In this document: piece after piece, positions 24,001 to 35,075 of the stretch
Layout of the letters: each line of letters begins with the position of its first letter
Numbering within the stretch: position 1 is the first letter of the stretch
Source: Macrostomum lignano
Lineage: Eukaryota
DNA: 64,000 bases
Reading direction: 5' to 3'
NCBI GenBank assembly: GCA_002269645.1
Contig: NIVC01001109.1
Coordinates: 1 to 64,000 of the forward strand
The notes under the pieces: model-generated
Told to the model about the DNA's origin: nothing
The model's database searches: none
Seen by the model: the letters and a program-made list of their open reading frames with translations, nothing else
Position numbers and translations under genes: made by a program

Positions 24001-24851
24001 GCCATTGACAGGTATCAATCCTCAATCCTCGCAGGATCCACATCCTCGCAGGTCTCAATCGGACATAAGTCCGTGAGTTCCTGCAGGTGCAGATCAAGGG
24101 CAGCCTTGTAGGCCGCCCAATCAGTGTTGCGGATATTGCGCCTCCAAGTGATCGGAGACTGGGTTTTAGTGTCCGCGATGTTAAAGGCGATAAAGCAGTG
24201 GTCAGACAGGGAGGGCTCCTCAGACCAGACTCTCCACTCCTCAACTCTGTCAAAGAGTCTTGAGGTTACGAGTGTGGCGTCGAGGACCTCGGTCCATCTG
24301 CCATTATTAAAGGTAGGAGTGCTGCCGCGGTTGCAGAGCATGAGGTTTGTGTTAGAGATGAGGGCCAGAAGCTCCTCTCCTCTAGTATTGGTGTCTTTGC
24401 TGCCCCATTGCTTGTGGTCGCCCCCTAAGCACAGCTCAGCGTTCTGGGACTCGCAGTACTGCGCGAGGCGCAGTAAACTCTCAGGAGCAGGGTCTCTGTC
24501 GCCTGGGATATAAACCGAGGCAACAAGATGCGTACGCGGAGAGAAATGATTAGATTGGATGACGCAAAGGTCTCCATCAGAGAGATCAGTCCTCAGCCAA
24601 ACCTGGAGATGGCTAGCAGCGAGGACAGCCGCTCTGGGGCGGCTGTTCCCCGGGCCACACACATAAAAATCAGAGTAGCCAGAGGGAATGTTGGGCAACT
24701 TACTGTTGCGCATCCAGGGTTCCTGGATCAGGATGAGGCCTGGCCTGTACAGCTCAGCAATCTTCATCAGATTTACTGACGCAGATACGCAATGCTGTAA
24801 ATTTATTTGCAGACAGAATGTCGCTCCTTTGGCAGCGTGGAGCTTAGTCAT
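21097..24851 (-). pseudogene. LINE ORF2: APE endonuclease (24015-24851), RT (22854-24005 and 21097-22995), RNase H, C-terminal CCHC; split by two frameshifts
   Basis: LQINLQH, IQEPW, SDHCFI (APE); FRPISLTS, FLDIVGAFDN, PQGGVLTPTLWNL, YADD (RT); YTDGSK, HSDSQAAL, WVPGHVGIRGNELAD (RNase H); CSFC...ETAEHFVSIC. Confidence 0.9.
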
Positions 24852-26274
24852 ACTGTATTAAATGCAATGTCTGGCTAGAGCCCCAGGGCCATCGAGGAGA
24901 CTTGGACAACAGATCGTCCTCGTCCCAGACCGCTGGGGCTTGACTGGGAGATGGGAGTTGGTCGACGTCCATGGCCTCCTCACCCCCACCGGCCCCCCCA
25001 GCAGAGTCCTCAGGCTCCGATGACAGGATGGAGGAAGCTTCCTCATCTGCATCTTTACCTTCAGACCCCGCCAGGGTGGCCGAGGAGAGCTCGGATTCCG
25101 AAGACCCGGCCTCGTCCTCAACTCCTTCTCCGACTGGCAGGTTTGGTTCCCGGGGCTTGGCCGGAGCTGTTACCGCGGTCGCCGAACTGCTGCTAGCAGA
25201 GGGGCGAGACGCAGCTTTGGCTTTGGGATCGGCTTGCGCCTTTCCTTGGGCCTTAGACTGCGCCCCGCTCTTGCCGGAGATGCCGGGGTTGGCAGTAGCC
25301 TTCCCTTTGGGAGGCTTTCCTCGGCGCATCTTGAGCTTGAGGGCACCCAGCTGGAAAGAGGATCCATTAGGGTACCGACTCGCCCAAGTGCTGGAAAGGC
25401 CGAGGACAATTGAGTTGCCCGTCTCCCCCCTGCGGACTTTGCGGTGATACACCAGTCCACTAGCAGGGAGGTCGGGGTTCAGACGCAGTAGGACCCGGCG
25501 GATAACGTCTGGTCCAGCTGCGGTGCTCTTAGCAGGGACGAAAACCACATAGGGTATCGTCTTTGGACGCTGGCCCTCGCGAAGAAAAAGAGCTCCGCCA
25601 AGGTCAGCATCCAAGGAGACCGTCGGTAGCCGCTGGAGCAGCTGCCGAGCGTCCTCCTCGCTGCTAGGAGCAATAAGAACGAATGTGCTTCGCAGCACCA
25701 TCCGCTCAATGCCGATGGAGATTCCCTCCTCGACAGTCAGCTCAATCAGATAGGAGTCAACAGCACTCCACACTTTTTGAAGCTGATCAGTGGTCCAGTC
25801 CTGGTCGCGACCTTGGATGATCACTCCCGGGATTTTGGCCTTGGCCTTCGCCGCAAAGGTAGCTCCCGAAGGAACCTCCTTGTTCGCAGTGGCCATTTGT
25901 TGCACCGTGGTTTCGGCCTCAGCAGCCGCGGCAGCATCTCCAAAGAGCGCCGCCGCTGAACTACTGGAGCTTCCACCGGCCGGCCCGCCTGGTTGCCTTG
26001 GGACTCCAGTCGCTTCAGCATCTATGGTGGACGCCGCCGCTTTGGCCCCCGCAGCTCCCTTCTTGGCCTGCCTTTTGGCGCGTTGTTTAGCGCGTTTGCG
26101 CTCAAGCCGAGCCCGCTGAGCTTCATCGGATCTGCCAGATTTGGCCGGTCCTTTAGGCTCAGAGCTCGCGGTTCCCTTAGATCCACCAGCAGAGCTGGCA
26201 GGTCTTTGGGTATTTTGAGTTTGGTAGCTCTGGTCGGATCTGCCAGCAGAGCCAGCCGGTCCTTCCTTTGCCAC
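24844..26274 (-). CDS. LINE ORF1 (gag-like, low-complexity flanks, ~55-bp internal repeats at the N-terminus)
   Basis: 476-aa ORF immediately upstream of and overlapping ORF2; start codon uncertain. Confidence 0.75.
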   Translation of the reverse strand: MAKEGPAGSAGRSDQSYQTQNTQRPASSAGGSKGTASSEPKGPAKSGRSDEAQRARLERKRAKQRAKRQAKKGAAGAKAAASTIDAEATGVPRQPGGPAGGSSSSSAAALFGDAAAAAEAETTVQQMATANKEVPSGATFAAKAKAKIPGVIIQGRDQDWTTDQLQKVWSAVDSYLIELTVEEGISIGIERMVLRSTFVLIAPSSEEDARQLLQRLPTVSLDADLGGALFLREGQRPKTIPYVVFVPAKSTAAGPDVIRRVLLRLNPDLPASGLVYHRKVRRGETGNSIVLGLSSTWASRYPNGSSFQLGALKLKMRRGKPPKGKATANPGISGKSGAQSKAQGKAQADPKAKAASRPSASSSSATAVTAPAKPREPNLPVGEGVEDEAGSSESELSSATLAGSEGKDADEEASSILSSEPEDSAGGAGGGEEAMDVDQLPSPSQAPAVWDEDDLLSKSPRWPWGSSQTLHLIQYD

Positions 26275-26935
26275 AGTTGAATCAGTCGGTTGGGATCTGC
26301 CAGCAGGGCCGGCCGGTCCTTCGGACTAAGGTTGGGGTTTAGAAGGGTCCCCGTCCCTAGGAAAAGCTTGTTTATCCATAGTCGGCTCGAAGGCCAAGAT
26401 AAAGGTTGGTGGGCTACCCTCAAAGGGGCGCGGTACCCACCCGGCCGCTCCACCTGACCGGGCAGTATGCCAATAGAACCCTCAAGGCTGGCCCGACACC
26501 AGGAGGGGGACCGCTTGCGACCGGACTACTCCCCGGCCTTCCAGCCCATCGGCACGGTCAACACCTTAGGCATTAGAGAGTACGTTGAGCAGTACCACGG
26601 CCTGCAGGTTGGCGAGCCAGACCCGCATACCCAAATTCGGCCGAAGCCACTGGATAGGGTCGCCAGCGCCGGAGCCCAGTCTGTCCAGCAGCCCTAGAGA
26701 CTGCCTTGAACACACGCGGGGACGAGTACCCTGGGTCGACTTGCGAGACAGCGTGGGGGGGGGGGTCTGCGGCTGCCAGAGGCAAATAGAGGGTGCAGAC
26801 CTCCCACCAGCCTTGACCTGCCAAAGATAGGGGCAGGCGTGAAGCATCGCAGACCTTAGCCCATGGGCCTAGTCTGTCTCATACTTCACTGGCATGCTGA
26901 ATACGCCTTCGCGTGCCGTGTTCCGTGTAGTCTTC

Positions 26936-29900
26936 TTCGTCTTCTTCCCTTTTATCGCCGTGAGGCATGGGTCCCGGGGCTCTCTACGTGCCGCAAATCC
27001 TCCTGTGCCTTGCCATGTTGGTCGCTGCTAACATCCGTCCGCATAAATTACACTGTCTCGCTTGCGTATGTGTTTCCGGGGTACTTCTACGTTGTTGTCT
27101 TCGGTTGCCTCCACAGGTGTTGTTAGGCTGGTGCAAGGCCTCCGGTGTCGCGCTAAATTGCTCTTTGTGATCGTTCTACCGCATCCGCCGCATACAACGG
27201 AACCAGATGTTGCCTCCTTTTCTCCACGGCATACTTTTCGGTGGTTGCGCCACGTCGCCTCTTGTCCGAATGTCTTAACCTATCGCACGTAAAAGTGACC
27301 GGCGCTGGTATGGTCATATGCATCCTTTTTGGTGAATTGTTAATCCTGCTTTGCTTTTGCAGATTTTGCCACAGTCCGCATAGTTACAGCGGTATCCGGT
27401 TAGTGTAAGTTCACCTCTCGGTGGTGGTTGTCTTCTTTCTATGGTAGTGTCGGGCGTCATGTTCCCTTGTAGTTTCTCCCATGCTTCCATGTGACTGACA
27501 CGTTGTTTAATCCAATTCCTCCATTCTTCGCGATCTAGGACCATCCTTTCAACTTCCGTCGGGTTAAGGCCTCCTTCTCTAAGCAATTTCTTCCAGTAAT
27601 TTATCGTGTTGCTCTTTTTCCTTCGGACTTTTTGTATGCCTTCAAGACCCCAGAATCATACGAGAACGGCTCGTTTCGTCTGGCGGTCGTCGGGCATTCT
27701 CAAGACATGTCCTATTTGGATCAGGTGAGCTTTTTTAATCTTGATGCATAGTGAGCTCACTTGCAGTTCTGATCTCACATCTAGCATATTCATACATGTA
27801 CCTTCGCTCTCCATTTCTCGGAGCGGCTCTATGGTCTTCGTGCTCCAGATATGTCGACCCGTTGCATTGCCTTGATTTCTGATTGGTGCCACGGGCGGAT
27901 TTTGGCGTGGAAAAGGGCCACGCTCTCGATACAAGCTTCGACAACCTTAGCCTGAGTCTTTTTGGTTAGACGGCATTTAGTGAAGCGTCTTTTGATGGTC
28001 AGATAACTTTTGGTTGCTCTTTCTATGCGGTTGCTTAGATCTGTAGTTCTTCCAGTCCAGCTTCCTAGCATTCTGATGTTACCTCCTTCCGCTGTGCCGA
28101 TATTCATTTCTTCTTCTTTATTGTCGTTAAGCCGTTCTTCGAATTCCGACATACACTTTTTGACAACCTCAAGTCCGTCTGTCAGTTCGCCGCGATTGCC
28201 TATCAGCGTCGTGTCGTCTGCGAACAAGGATGTTTGAAAGCTGTGCGTTCGCATCTCGGAATTGTATTCACTTACTCGCTGCGGTGGTAGTGCGTGTCCG
28301 GTCGAGTAGGCCCATTCGATGCCGCAAGTGAGTTGCTTTTCGTCAGCCAACTGTTTTCTCCTTTGCTCTGCTCTCCTTCTGCTGGCTTGGTGATAGATGT
28401 TGAAGAGCACGGGGGACGTAGGGCACCCTTCACGAAGTCCTCGATCTGGGTGCCATTCCTCACTCGTCCCACCTTTGCCTTGTACCTTGTAGGCCGTATA
28501 CTCATGTAGGTCTTGTAGCTTCGCAATGGTCTCCTCTGGAATGCCGTATCGTCGTAGCAGTTCCCACAGTAGTGGCTTGCAGACGCGCGAATACGCTTTC
28601 TGTAGGTCCAGGAGGATGGCGATATAATCATGTTCCAGGTTTTGATTTCCGATCTGTTTTTTTCAATGTGTCTGCGTTTTTGTCATCATATAACGCTTGC
28701 CAGTTGATATTTGCACATCTGGTCTTCTTCTTTTGGTGCTTATCTTGCTTACTTTGAGGAATGAGATGCTTGAGGATTATTGTTCTGGGGATGTGGTCGG
28801 ACAACTCATTTTTGATATTCAGTTTAGTGGCTTTGATGAGTCGTTGGCGATCCTCCGCTCCAGTTCGTACCATTTTCTGGTTCTAGGGTTGCACCACGTG
28901 CCGCGGCGTTTCGCGTTTAAATAAGAGTTCAATAGAGTCAAGTCATTGGTTATGATCCAGTTCATCAGATCCTCTCCCTGCTGATTCGTTTGTTGTAGTC
29001 CAAATAAACTTTCCACGGTGTCTCCCGTCTGCGTGTTCGTTTCTTCCGATTTGAGCATTGCAGTTCCTCCAATCACGATAGGTTTGTTCTTCAAATCGAT
29101 GTTGATGAGTCTTTCGAGATCAAATCTCAGTATATTTAGTTCTTCTTGGTAGGTTGCGCTGCCCTGTACCGGGCAGTAGGTGCTGATGATGCCAATTCCA
29201 TAGATGTCAATCATGACTGCGCGTTCCGTGATTTTCGCTTTACGGCCTGAGTCGTTCCAGAGTTTAAAGATAAATTCGTTCATTAGGATGCCTGTGCGCT
29301 TTGAGTGTACTAGGTGCACTTGTCTTTTCCCATGAGCGTAGACTTTACTGCCTTTAAATCTCGCGGATAATTCGCTAATGCACGTAATCAACCAGTTAGT
29401 TGCAATACAGTGTTGCATTACAGTGTTGCAATACAATACTATCTCGCCGAAACGTCCTTCCGAGATGTTGGCCCTTCTAACGTTCCACGTTGAAATGCGG
29501 CAGCTCTCCTGCAATGCTTTCTGCTTCCTTTCGATTATCTTTTGCTCTCTTCTGCGCTGTCTGCGTTCATTTCTCCTGGCTTGCCTCTGTTTTTTCTAGT
29601 GCTGTGTCTTAGGTCCTGGGTTCTTTTCAATTGTTGTTAGCTTACACTCAATTTTCGATTCCTGTCTTCTCTCACTTTTTGTTTTTTTCCTAGGTTTTTC
29701 TTAAATTGCTTAAATTTCTCCTCGCTTTCTCTTAATCGCTTCTTTGCGTCCTCTCTCGACTTCCTTCTCTCCCCGGGTTGCTTAGCCTGAGTTTTAGCGA
29801 CGTCAGAGTCTGCTACTTTCTGCCGTCGTTGACAAAAAGGGCCGGTTGGCCCGGGGGCGGCTTGACCGCTTTTCCCGATCTCCGGACTCCTTTCCCTCGG

Positions 29901-29961
29901 GTCCATCTTCTCAGGAGTACTCCCGTCCGCTTTCCGCCACAGAAGGCTGGACCACATTGGA
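26936..29961 (-). mobile_element. RTE-like LINE 'A': K/R-rich N-terminus, partial APE, partial RT, several C-terminal zinc fingers; internally deleted and frameshifted
   Basis: ISTWNVRR (APE); LLDLQKAYSRV, GLREGCPTSPVLFNIY, LFADDTTL (RT); GHVLRMPDDRQTK (RTE-type C-terminus); CGKICKSKAGLTIH, CGGCGRTITKSNLARHRRPC, CNLCGRMLAATNMARHRRIC; GAAGAC-like tail abutting CCGTGTAGTCTTC. Confidence 0.8.
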
Positions 29962-29978
29962 AAGCCCGTGTAGTCTTC

Positions 29979-31181
29979 TTGTCTTGTCTTGTATGGCCAG
30001 TCGACCTCCTAAGAGGCATGCCACTCATTGGTTTTCTGCGGTGCAAACTCTCCGGTGTCTTGCTAAATTTGTCTTCGAGATGCTCTTGTTGCAGCTTGGG
30101 CAGGTGGTCCTCGCTCTTCTCGGTGCTTCGGTGGGTTCAGGCCTGTTGGTATCCTGTTTGTAAGTCGTTGTACTGCGCACAGGTGCGTATGTGTCTCGCC
30201 ATGTTGCTGGCGCTTCTGGGCTGGAGACAGTACGGGCATGTCCCTTTCGGGGCGCCTTTGCAGGTCTTCAGGTGGTTCGTTTCGCTGGCTTTGTTGTTTA
30301 GGGTGTCTCCGCATCTTGGGCACTTCTTCTCCTCTTCTCTTTGTTCTCGGTGCTTCCTGGTGTTGTGGATTTTCAGACCCGTGTGAGTCTTGAACTCTCT
30401 GTTGCAGATGGTGCAGTATCTGTCCTCTGTTTGGCGTCCTGTCTGGTCCCTTGGCATGACCGTGTTCTTGTTCGTCGCTTTCATCTCTTCCCATTTTGTT
30501 ATGTGTTCCAGTCTTTCTTTGAGTACCGCTTTCCAAGATCCTCGGTCTCTCGCGATCTGCTCGATGTCGTCCGGTTCGTATCCTGCTTTTCTTATTACTC
30601 TTATTACTTTCTTAGTCCTTGGTCCATCCATTGTTGTCTCCATTGGCGTCCTAGGAGTATTGCTGCTCTCTTCGAATGGATTATGACCACGCTGTTTTTC
30701 CCTTCCCCTATCCATATCATTCCGGGTTGTTCCGCTGTTATTTCTGACATCAGTACTATGTTCCAGTGCTTCTTGTTGCAGTAAGCCGTCACTTCTCGTA
30801 GTTTCCTTCGGTTGTTTTCTCTTAGCGACATCTTCTGTAGGTTCCAGGTCACTATTTGTGTCTTCTCAGTCGGTTCTTTCCTGAGGTTTTCGGTTCTGAT
30901 CTTTTCCGTCGTGTTCTTTTCCTTTCGCGATCTTGTTTTCTCTTTTCTGGTGTCCATTCTTTCTTTCCTCGCCTGCCTTTCTTCTTTGTCGTTGTCTTTG
31001 CCGTCTCCTTTTGGGCCAGATCTTCGGGCCCCGGGTTCCGCTCCACGTCACCGCTGTTTTCCAATGAGTATTTGATGTTAGAGTGCATCAGCCGCTGCAG
31101 ATTTTTACATCTGTTTTGGCCTCCTTTGCATTTGCTGCCCCCTTTATGTTTCCGCACAGCATGCAGCTGTGCAGCATGAGC
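29979..31181 (-). mobile_element. RTE-like LINE 'B': 2A motif, APE N-terminus fused directly to C-terminal zinc fingers (rest of APE and all RT deleted near 30600)
   Basis: SGDVERNPGP; IVTWNLQK...HSKRAAILL (APE, homologous to A); CTICNREFKTHTGLKIH, CPRCGDTL...HLKTC, CPYCLQPRSASNMARHIRTC; (CAAGA)n tail; flanked by AAGCCCGTGTAGTCTTC at 29962-29978 and 31182-31198. Confidence 0.8.
31026..31052 (-). other. 2A-like ribosome-skipping (StopGo) motif GDVERNPGP
   Basis: Exact D(V/I)ExNPGP consensus in ORF 30852-31157, upstream of the APE domain. Confidence 0.85.
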
Positions 31182-32849
31182 AAGCCCGTGTAGTCTTCAA
31201 TTGCTACACGTCAGCTACCGTGTAGTCTTCAATTTCCAAAAAGTGAGCATCGTCCTCATCGTATGCTTGGTCATGCTGAGTCTATGCATTTATTTTCCTA
31301 CTTTTCGCCGAAGGTTCGCCATAGCTTAGCAACTTTTCATAGCCTTTGCGAAAAGCGTCAGCCGACACGCTTGCCCAGGGACTTCCTAGCTGATTGATAA
31401 AGCGCTATTGGACCTCCACTCCAATTCACGGCGGGTTTCGTGCAGTGGAGTGCTACCATTCGGAACAAGATATCGTCCAATTCATTGGTCCACTTGGTAG
31501 AAACTATTTAATAAGCGATGGTTCCAGTGCTGCTAATCTTATTGCTGCAATATAATATAGCCAGTCACTTCAATCTTGGGGGTCCTGACGTTACGGCTTG
31601 CATGAAAATTTCATCGGAATTCGGATTGGTGCATTCTATCCCATTCGAGTTTCATGGATGGCCCAAATTGTCCCCGTAACGTGGAGATTCCATGCAGAGC
31701 ACCACCGACATCGAATTTCTAAAAAAATCAGACGTTTTAAGAGCAGATCTTTAGTAAACTTTGATGCTGTTAACTTGTGACTCAAAATATGCTTCATTAA
31801 TGTCTTTTTTAGTCCTGTAAATAAAGCTTTAATCGTTTGAACTATTCTGGTGAATCGTTCCATAGAGCATGAAAAATCAACATATCTATGTCGAGTTAAT
31901 TTAAACGCTTAGCTATGGAACTCTTTGGGCCGTTCCTATTTCGTTTTGCATGACCACTGTTTCCCATAGCACCACAAGAGCAATATTAAACTGATTTAAA
32001 CAGCGTTAAATCTCAGAGTGTATTTGAGAACGAGAGGCATTTAAACCGCAGAACAGAACGGTATTAGCGAATATAGTCTGTGGATTCAGTTGTTAAAAGT
32101 TCAACAACGCATTTTATCTTTTGTTATGTTAATGGAGGTTACCCTAGAAGTGAGACTCATTTAGCACTGATCGATTTGTCAATGTGTAAAAAGCCTTGGA
32201 CGAGAAAATGTCTATGGCTCAATCCGAAGGAGCGCTTGTCAAGACGATAGTTTTATGAGTGGTTCCTCATACCCTAGAGAATAGACAAGAGGGAAAGAGA
32301 GAAAGGGAGGAGAATGATCAATAATATCGATTACATAGTTATTACATGGGAGGAACTGGGTTGCTTTCGCCTTTTGTCGTCTTTCAATGGCCTTGTAGTC
32401 ACTGGTAGTCTCGAATAAAAATCGAGAAAATCGAGAAAAGTTTCTCTCAATAAGTTCTTTGGAGCTATGAAATTCTTTTGAAGAAAGTTCTTCGAGACCA
32501 GAAATCTCTGATTGGCAAGAATCGTTAGTGTATTATCCAAGCGTAAAATCGCGAGCCTTCTGATCTTCGCCTTCTGTAATATGGATCCGGAAATCAGAAC
32601 TGTGTATCTTTTATTTGTTATTGTTGTTACGTTATTCCTGAAATTTTTTTTATAATAACTGATTGAGTGGGATATGTAAAGCAGTTGAAGCAAATTGATA
32701 TGTAAAACTAGAAAAAATCCGAGATGATAAGGTGTGCCTACTGAAAATCAGGTCTTCTGTTTACTACGCGGACACCTTAACGTGATATAGTGTGACAGAA
32801 ACAATTAACAGAGTGAATATTAGAGTCCAAAATAACAACTAGTACTTTT

Positions 32850-33420
32850 GTACAAGTACGAAGAGCTTGCAATCGAATGCCGCAGCGCAAAATGGGGAAT
32901 ATGCCTCTTTAATTGATAATGTTGTCAACCGTTGCTGTTGATCCGTCTCGGGATTAGAATATGATATCGCTAGGGATTGCGCGATGCCGTACCCGCTGTC
33001 TGAAAGTAGTACACCAGAAGAGTTGACACCGCATCCAAGAAGATGGCAATGTTAGCACGTCGGATTTGTCAGTTTACATGCTCGTGCACCGATCAAAGTC
33101 AACCAGGCCAGGTCATCCACACTGGTAAACTCTTTGAACACGTAGCCTGAAAATTGTTGGAATCGAAGCCCTATTGATTGATGTACTTGTCTCTCATAAC
33201 TCCAGCCGCGGCTTTTCGATCTTCATATGGGTGCAGTCGATTGCCCCGAAAGCTGAAAGAACAAGAGTAACGGTGGGGAAGCGATTCTGTTATGTTTTCT
33301 GCTTCTGTAACTATAATTCCAGCCTCGATAGACTCTTACAGATCGACGCCATCAAAGTCCAAGTCCGTGATGTTTAATTGATACCAGCATAATTTATATT
33401 TTATCCGGCAGCCGCGACTT
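32850..33420 (-). pseudogene. Degenerate PIF/Harbinger DDE transposase
   Basis: Manual translation across stops and frameshifts gives FGAIDCTHMKI, YINQ*GFDSNNFQATC, TWPG, VLLSDSGYGI...NPETDQQQR. Confidence 0.75.
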
Positions 33421-34737
33421 GTTCTTTCTTTCTCTTTTAGTCGCGGCTCATTAAGAGCACTAAGGTCAAGCACATAGACATGAGCACTGTAATGCATCAG
33501 CATAACGCAAATAAATTGATGAAAACTAACGCGCTTCTTATGCGCAATAGTTCAACTAGAGCATATAAAACATATTCATAACAAGTGAATACGTTGGAAT
33601 GGGTACGTTGACGGGGGCCAGTGGTCTCTGTCACGCCCTGCGCATGGGCGCCGTTGATTGCACCCGGTTCAGAGCTGCACAGATAGCAAGTTGTAGGAGG
33701 CCGTTTAAAGTTCGTTTAAAGTGAACCACACTGTTGCTGTGTGTGTGTCGTTCGGAAAAGCCGTCCTTCAGGCTATCCATTCAGGGTGACTAGCCCTCAG
33801 GAAGCGTAGTGTCACCAACTCGTCGTGCAAATCATTCGTGCCATTGAGACCACACGTGATGTGGGTCCAATCCCACTTCGCGCATTTACTGTTGCTGTTG
33901 TCAGCCTGATAGTTCAGCCCGTCCTTCTGTCGTTAAAGGGTAGTGTAATAATTGGCGTTATAAATAAAATTAGCGAAATAAACATCTCCTAAAACATTTT
34001 TTAAACTTTTGCGCATATTAAAGGCGGTTTAGAAGAAAATGTAGAATTAACAAAAATTGTGCCTATCTATGTAAAAGTAGGCATATAAAAAATTTTTGAG
34101 GTATGTAATAAGAAAATTTCTAAAAGTGTCTTCATTGAAAGCCTGGTAGCCCGTCCAACCACATATGTCTCAGTTGCCGCGACGCTGAGGATTCTGGAAT
34201 TTTCGATTACTTACCGTTGGAAAACTGCATTCTACTATAAGCAATTTGAAAATCACTTACCAGTGCTTTCTTTTTCCGACGGGTCACAACGCCCGAACCG
34301 GCGCTTTCGGGGCTGCTTGCCAGGTCAGGAGCAGGGCCGCTTTTGCCGGGACCGCCGCTACTGCCCGGAGCGCCGCTGGCGCTGCAAAGATTTTCCTTCT
34401 TGCTACCACGCCGCGATCTGAAGGTCATCGTCGCAGCACCTTCATCGGGCTCGCGGCAAGATTTCTGAGCTGCCTTGGGCTTTTTGCCGACGGCTTTAGC
34501 GGCGTGGTCGGGCTTGTCGGTGTCGACAGGAGCCTCCTGCGAGGCGGCGGCTGCCTCGGGAGCCCGCGACGCGGCGGGAGCTGTGACTATCTTAGTCTGC
34601 TTTTTGCTGGGTGGCGACGGGGCGCTTGTCTTTAGGCGCGGCGTCGACGGGCTTGTCGGCGGCTGCGTCGGCAGGCTGCGGGGCGGTGAAAATAACAAGG
34701 TAAATTGAAAGTGTAGTCAAATTCTTAATAAAATTCA

Positions 34738-35075
34738 CCTGCGAGGCGGCGGCTGCTTCGGATGCCTGCGAGGCGGCGGCTGCTTCGGATGCCTGCGAGG
34801 CGGCGGCTGCTTCGGATGCCTGCGAGGCGGCGGCTGCTTCGGATGCCTGCGAGGCGGCGGCTGCTTCGGATGCCTGCGAGGCGGCGGCTGCTTCGGATGC
34901 CTGCGAGGCGGCAGCTGCTTCGGATGCCTGCGAGGCGGCGGCTGCTTCGGATGCCTGCGAGGCGGCGGCTGCTTCGGATGCCTGCGAGGCGGCGGCTGCT
35001 TCGGATGCCTGCGAGGCGGCGGCTGCTTCGGATGCCTGCGAGGCGGCGGCTGCTTCGGATGCCTGCGAGGCAGCG
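34738..35075. repeat. 27-bp minisatellite GCGAGGCGGCGGCTGCTTCGGATGCCT (encodes ASEAAAASQ on the minus strand)
   Basis: Direct reading; a homologous single unit lies at ~34535-34560. Confidence 0.95.

Larger units (their letters stand above)
21017..26916 (-). mobile_element. Apparently full-length LOA-clade-like non-LTR retrotransposon (ORF1 + APE-RT-RNase H-CCHC ORF2)
   Basis: Two ORFs overlapping at ATGACTAA. 3' tail CCCTGCAGCTAAGTCAAGTAA is shared with the copy at 36690-37355. Candidate 12-bp TSD CGTGTT(T/C)CGTGT at 21005-21016 and 26917-26928 has one mismatch. Confidence 0.85.

Noticed and set aside
21150-26830. Many overlapping and antisense ORFs across the LOA-like element
   Set aside because: Shadow frames of GC-rich coding sequence with no independent motifs
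26923-26935. Target motif as U2 snRNA (GTGTAGTA), spliced-leader RNA or rDNA
   Set aside because: Only 7 nt match U2 and the flanks match no snRNA, SL, 5S or rRNA sequence I recall; an Rfam search is needed
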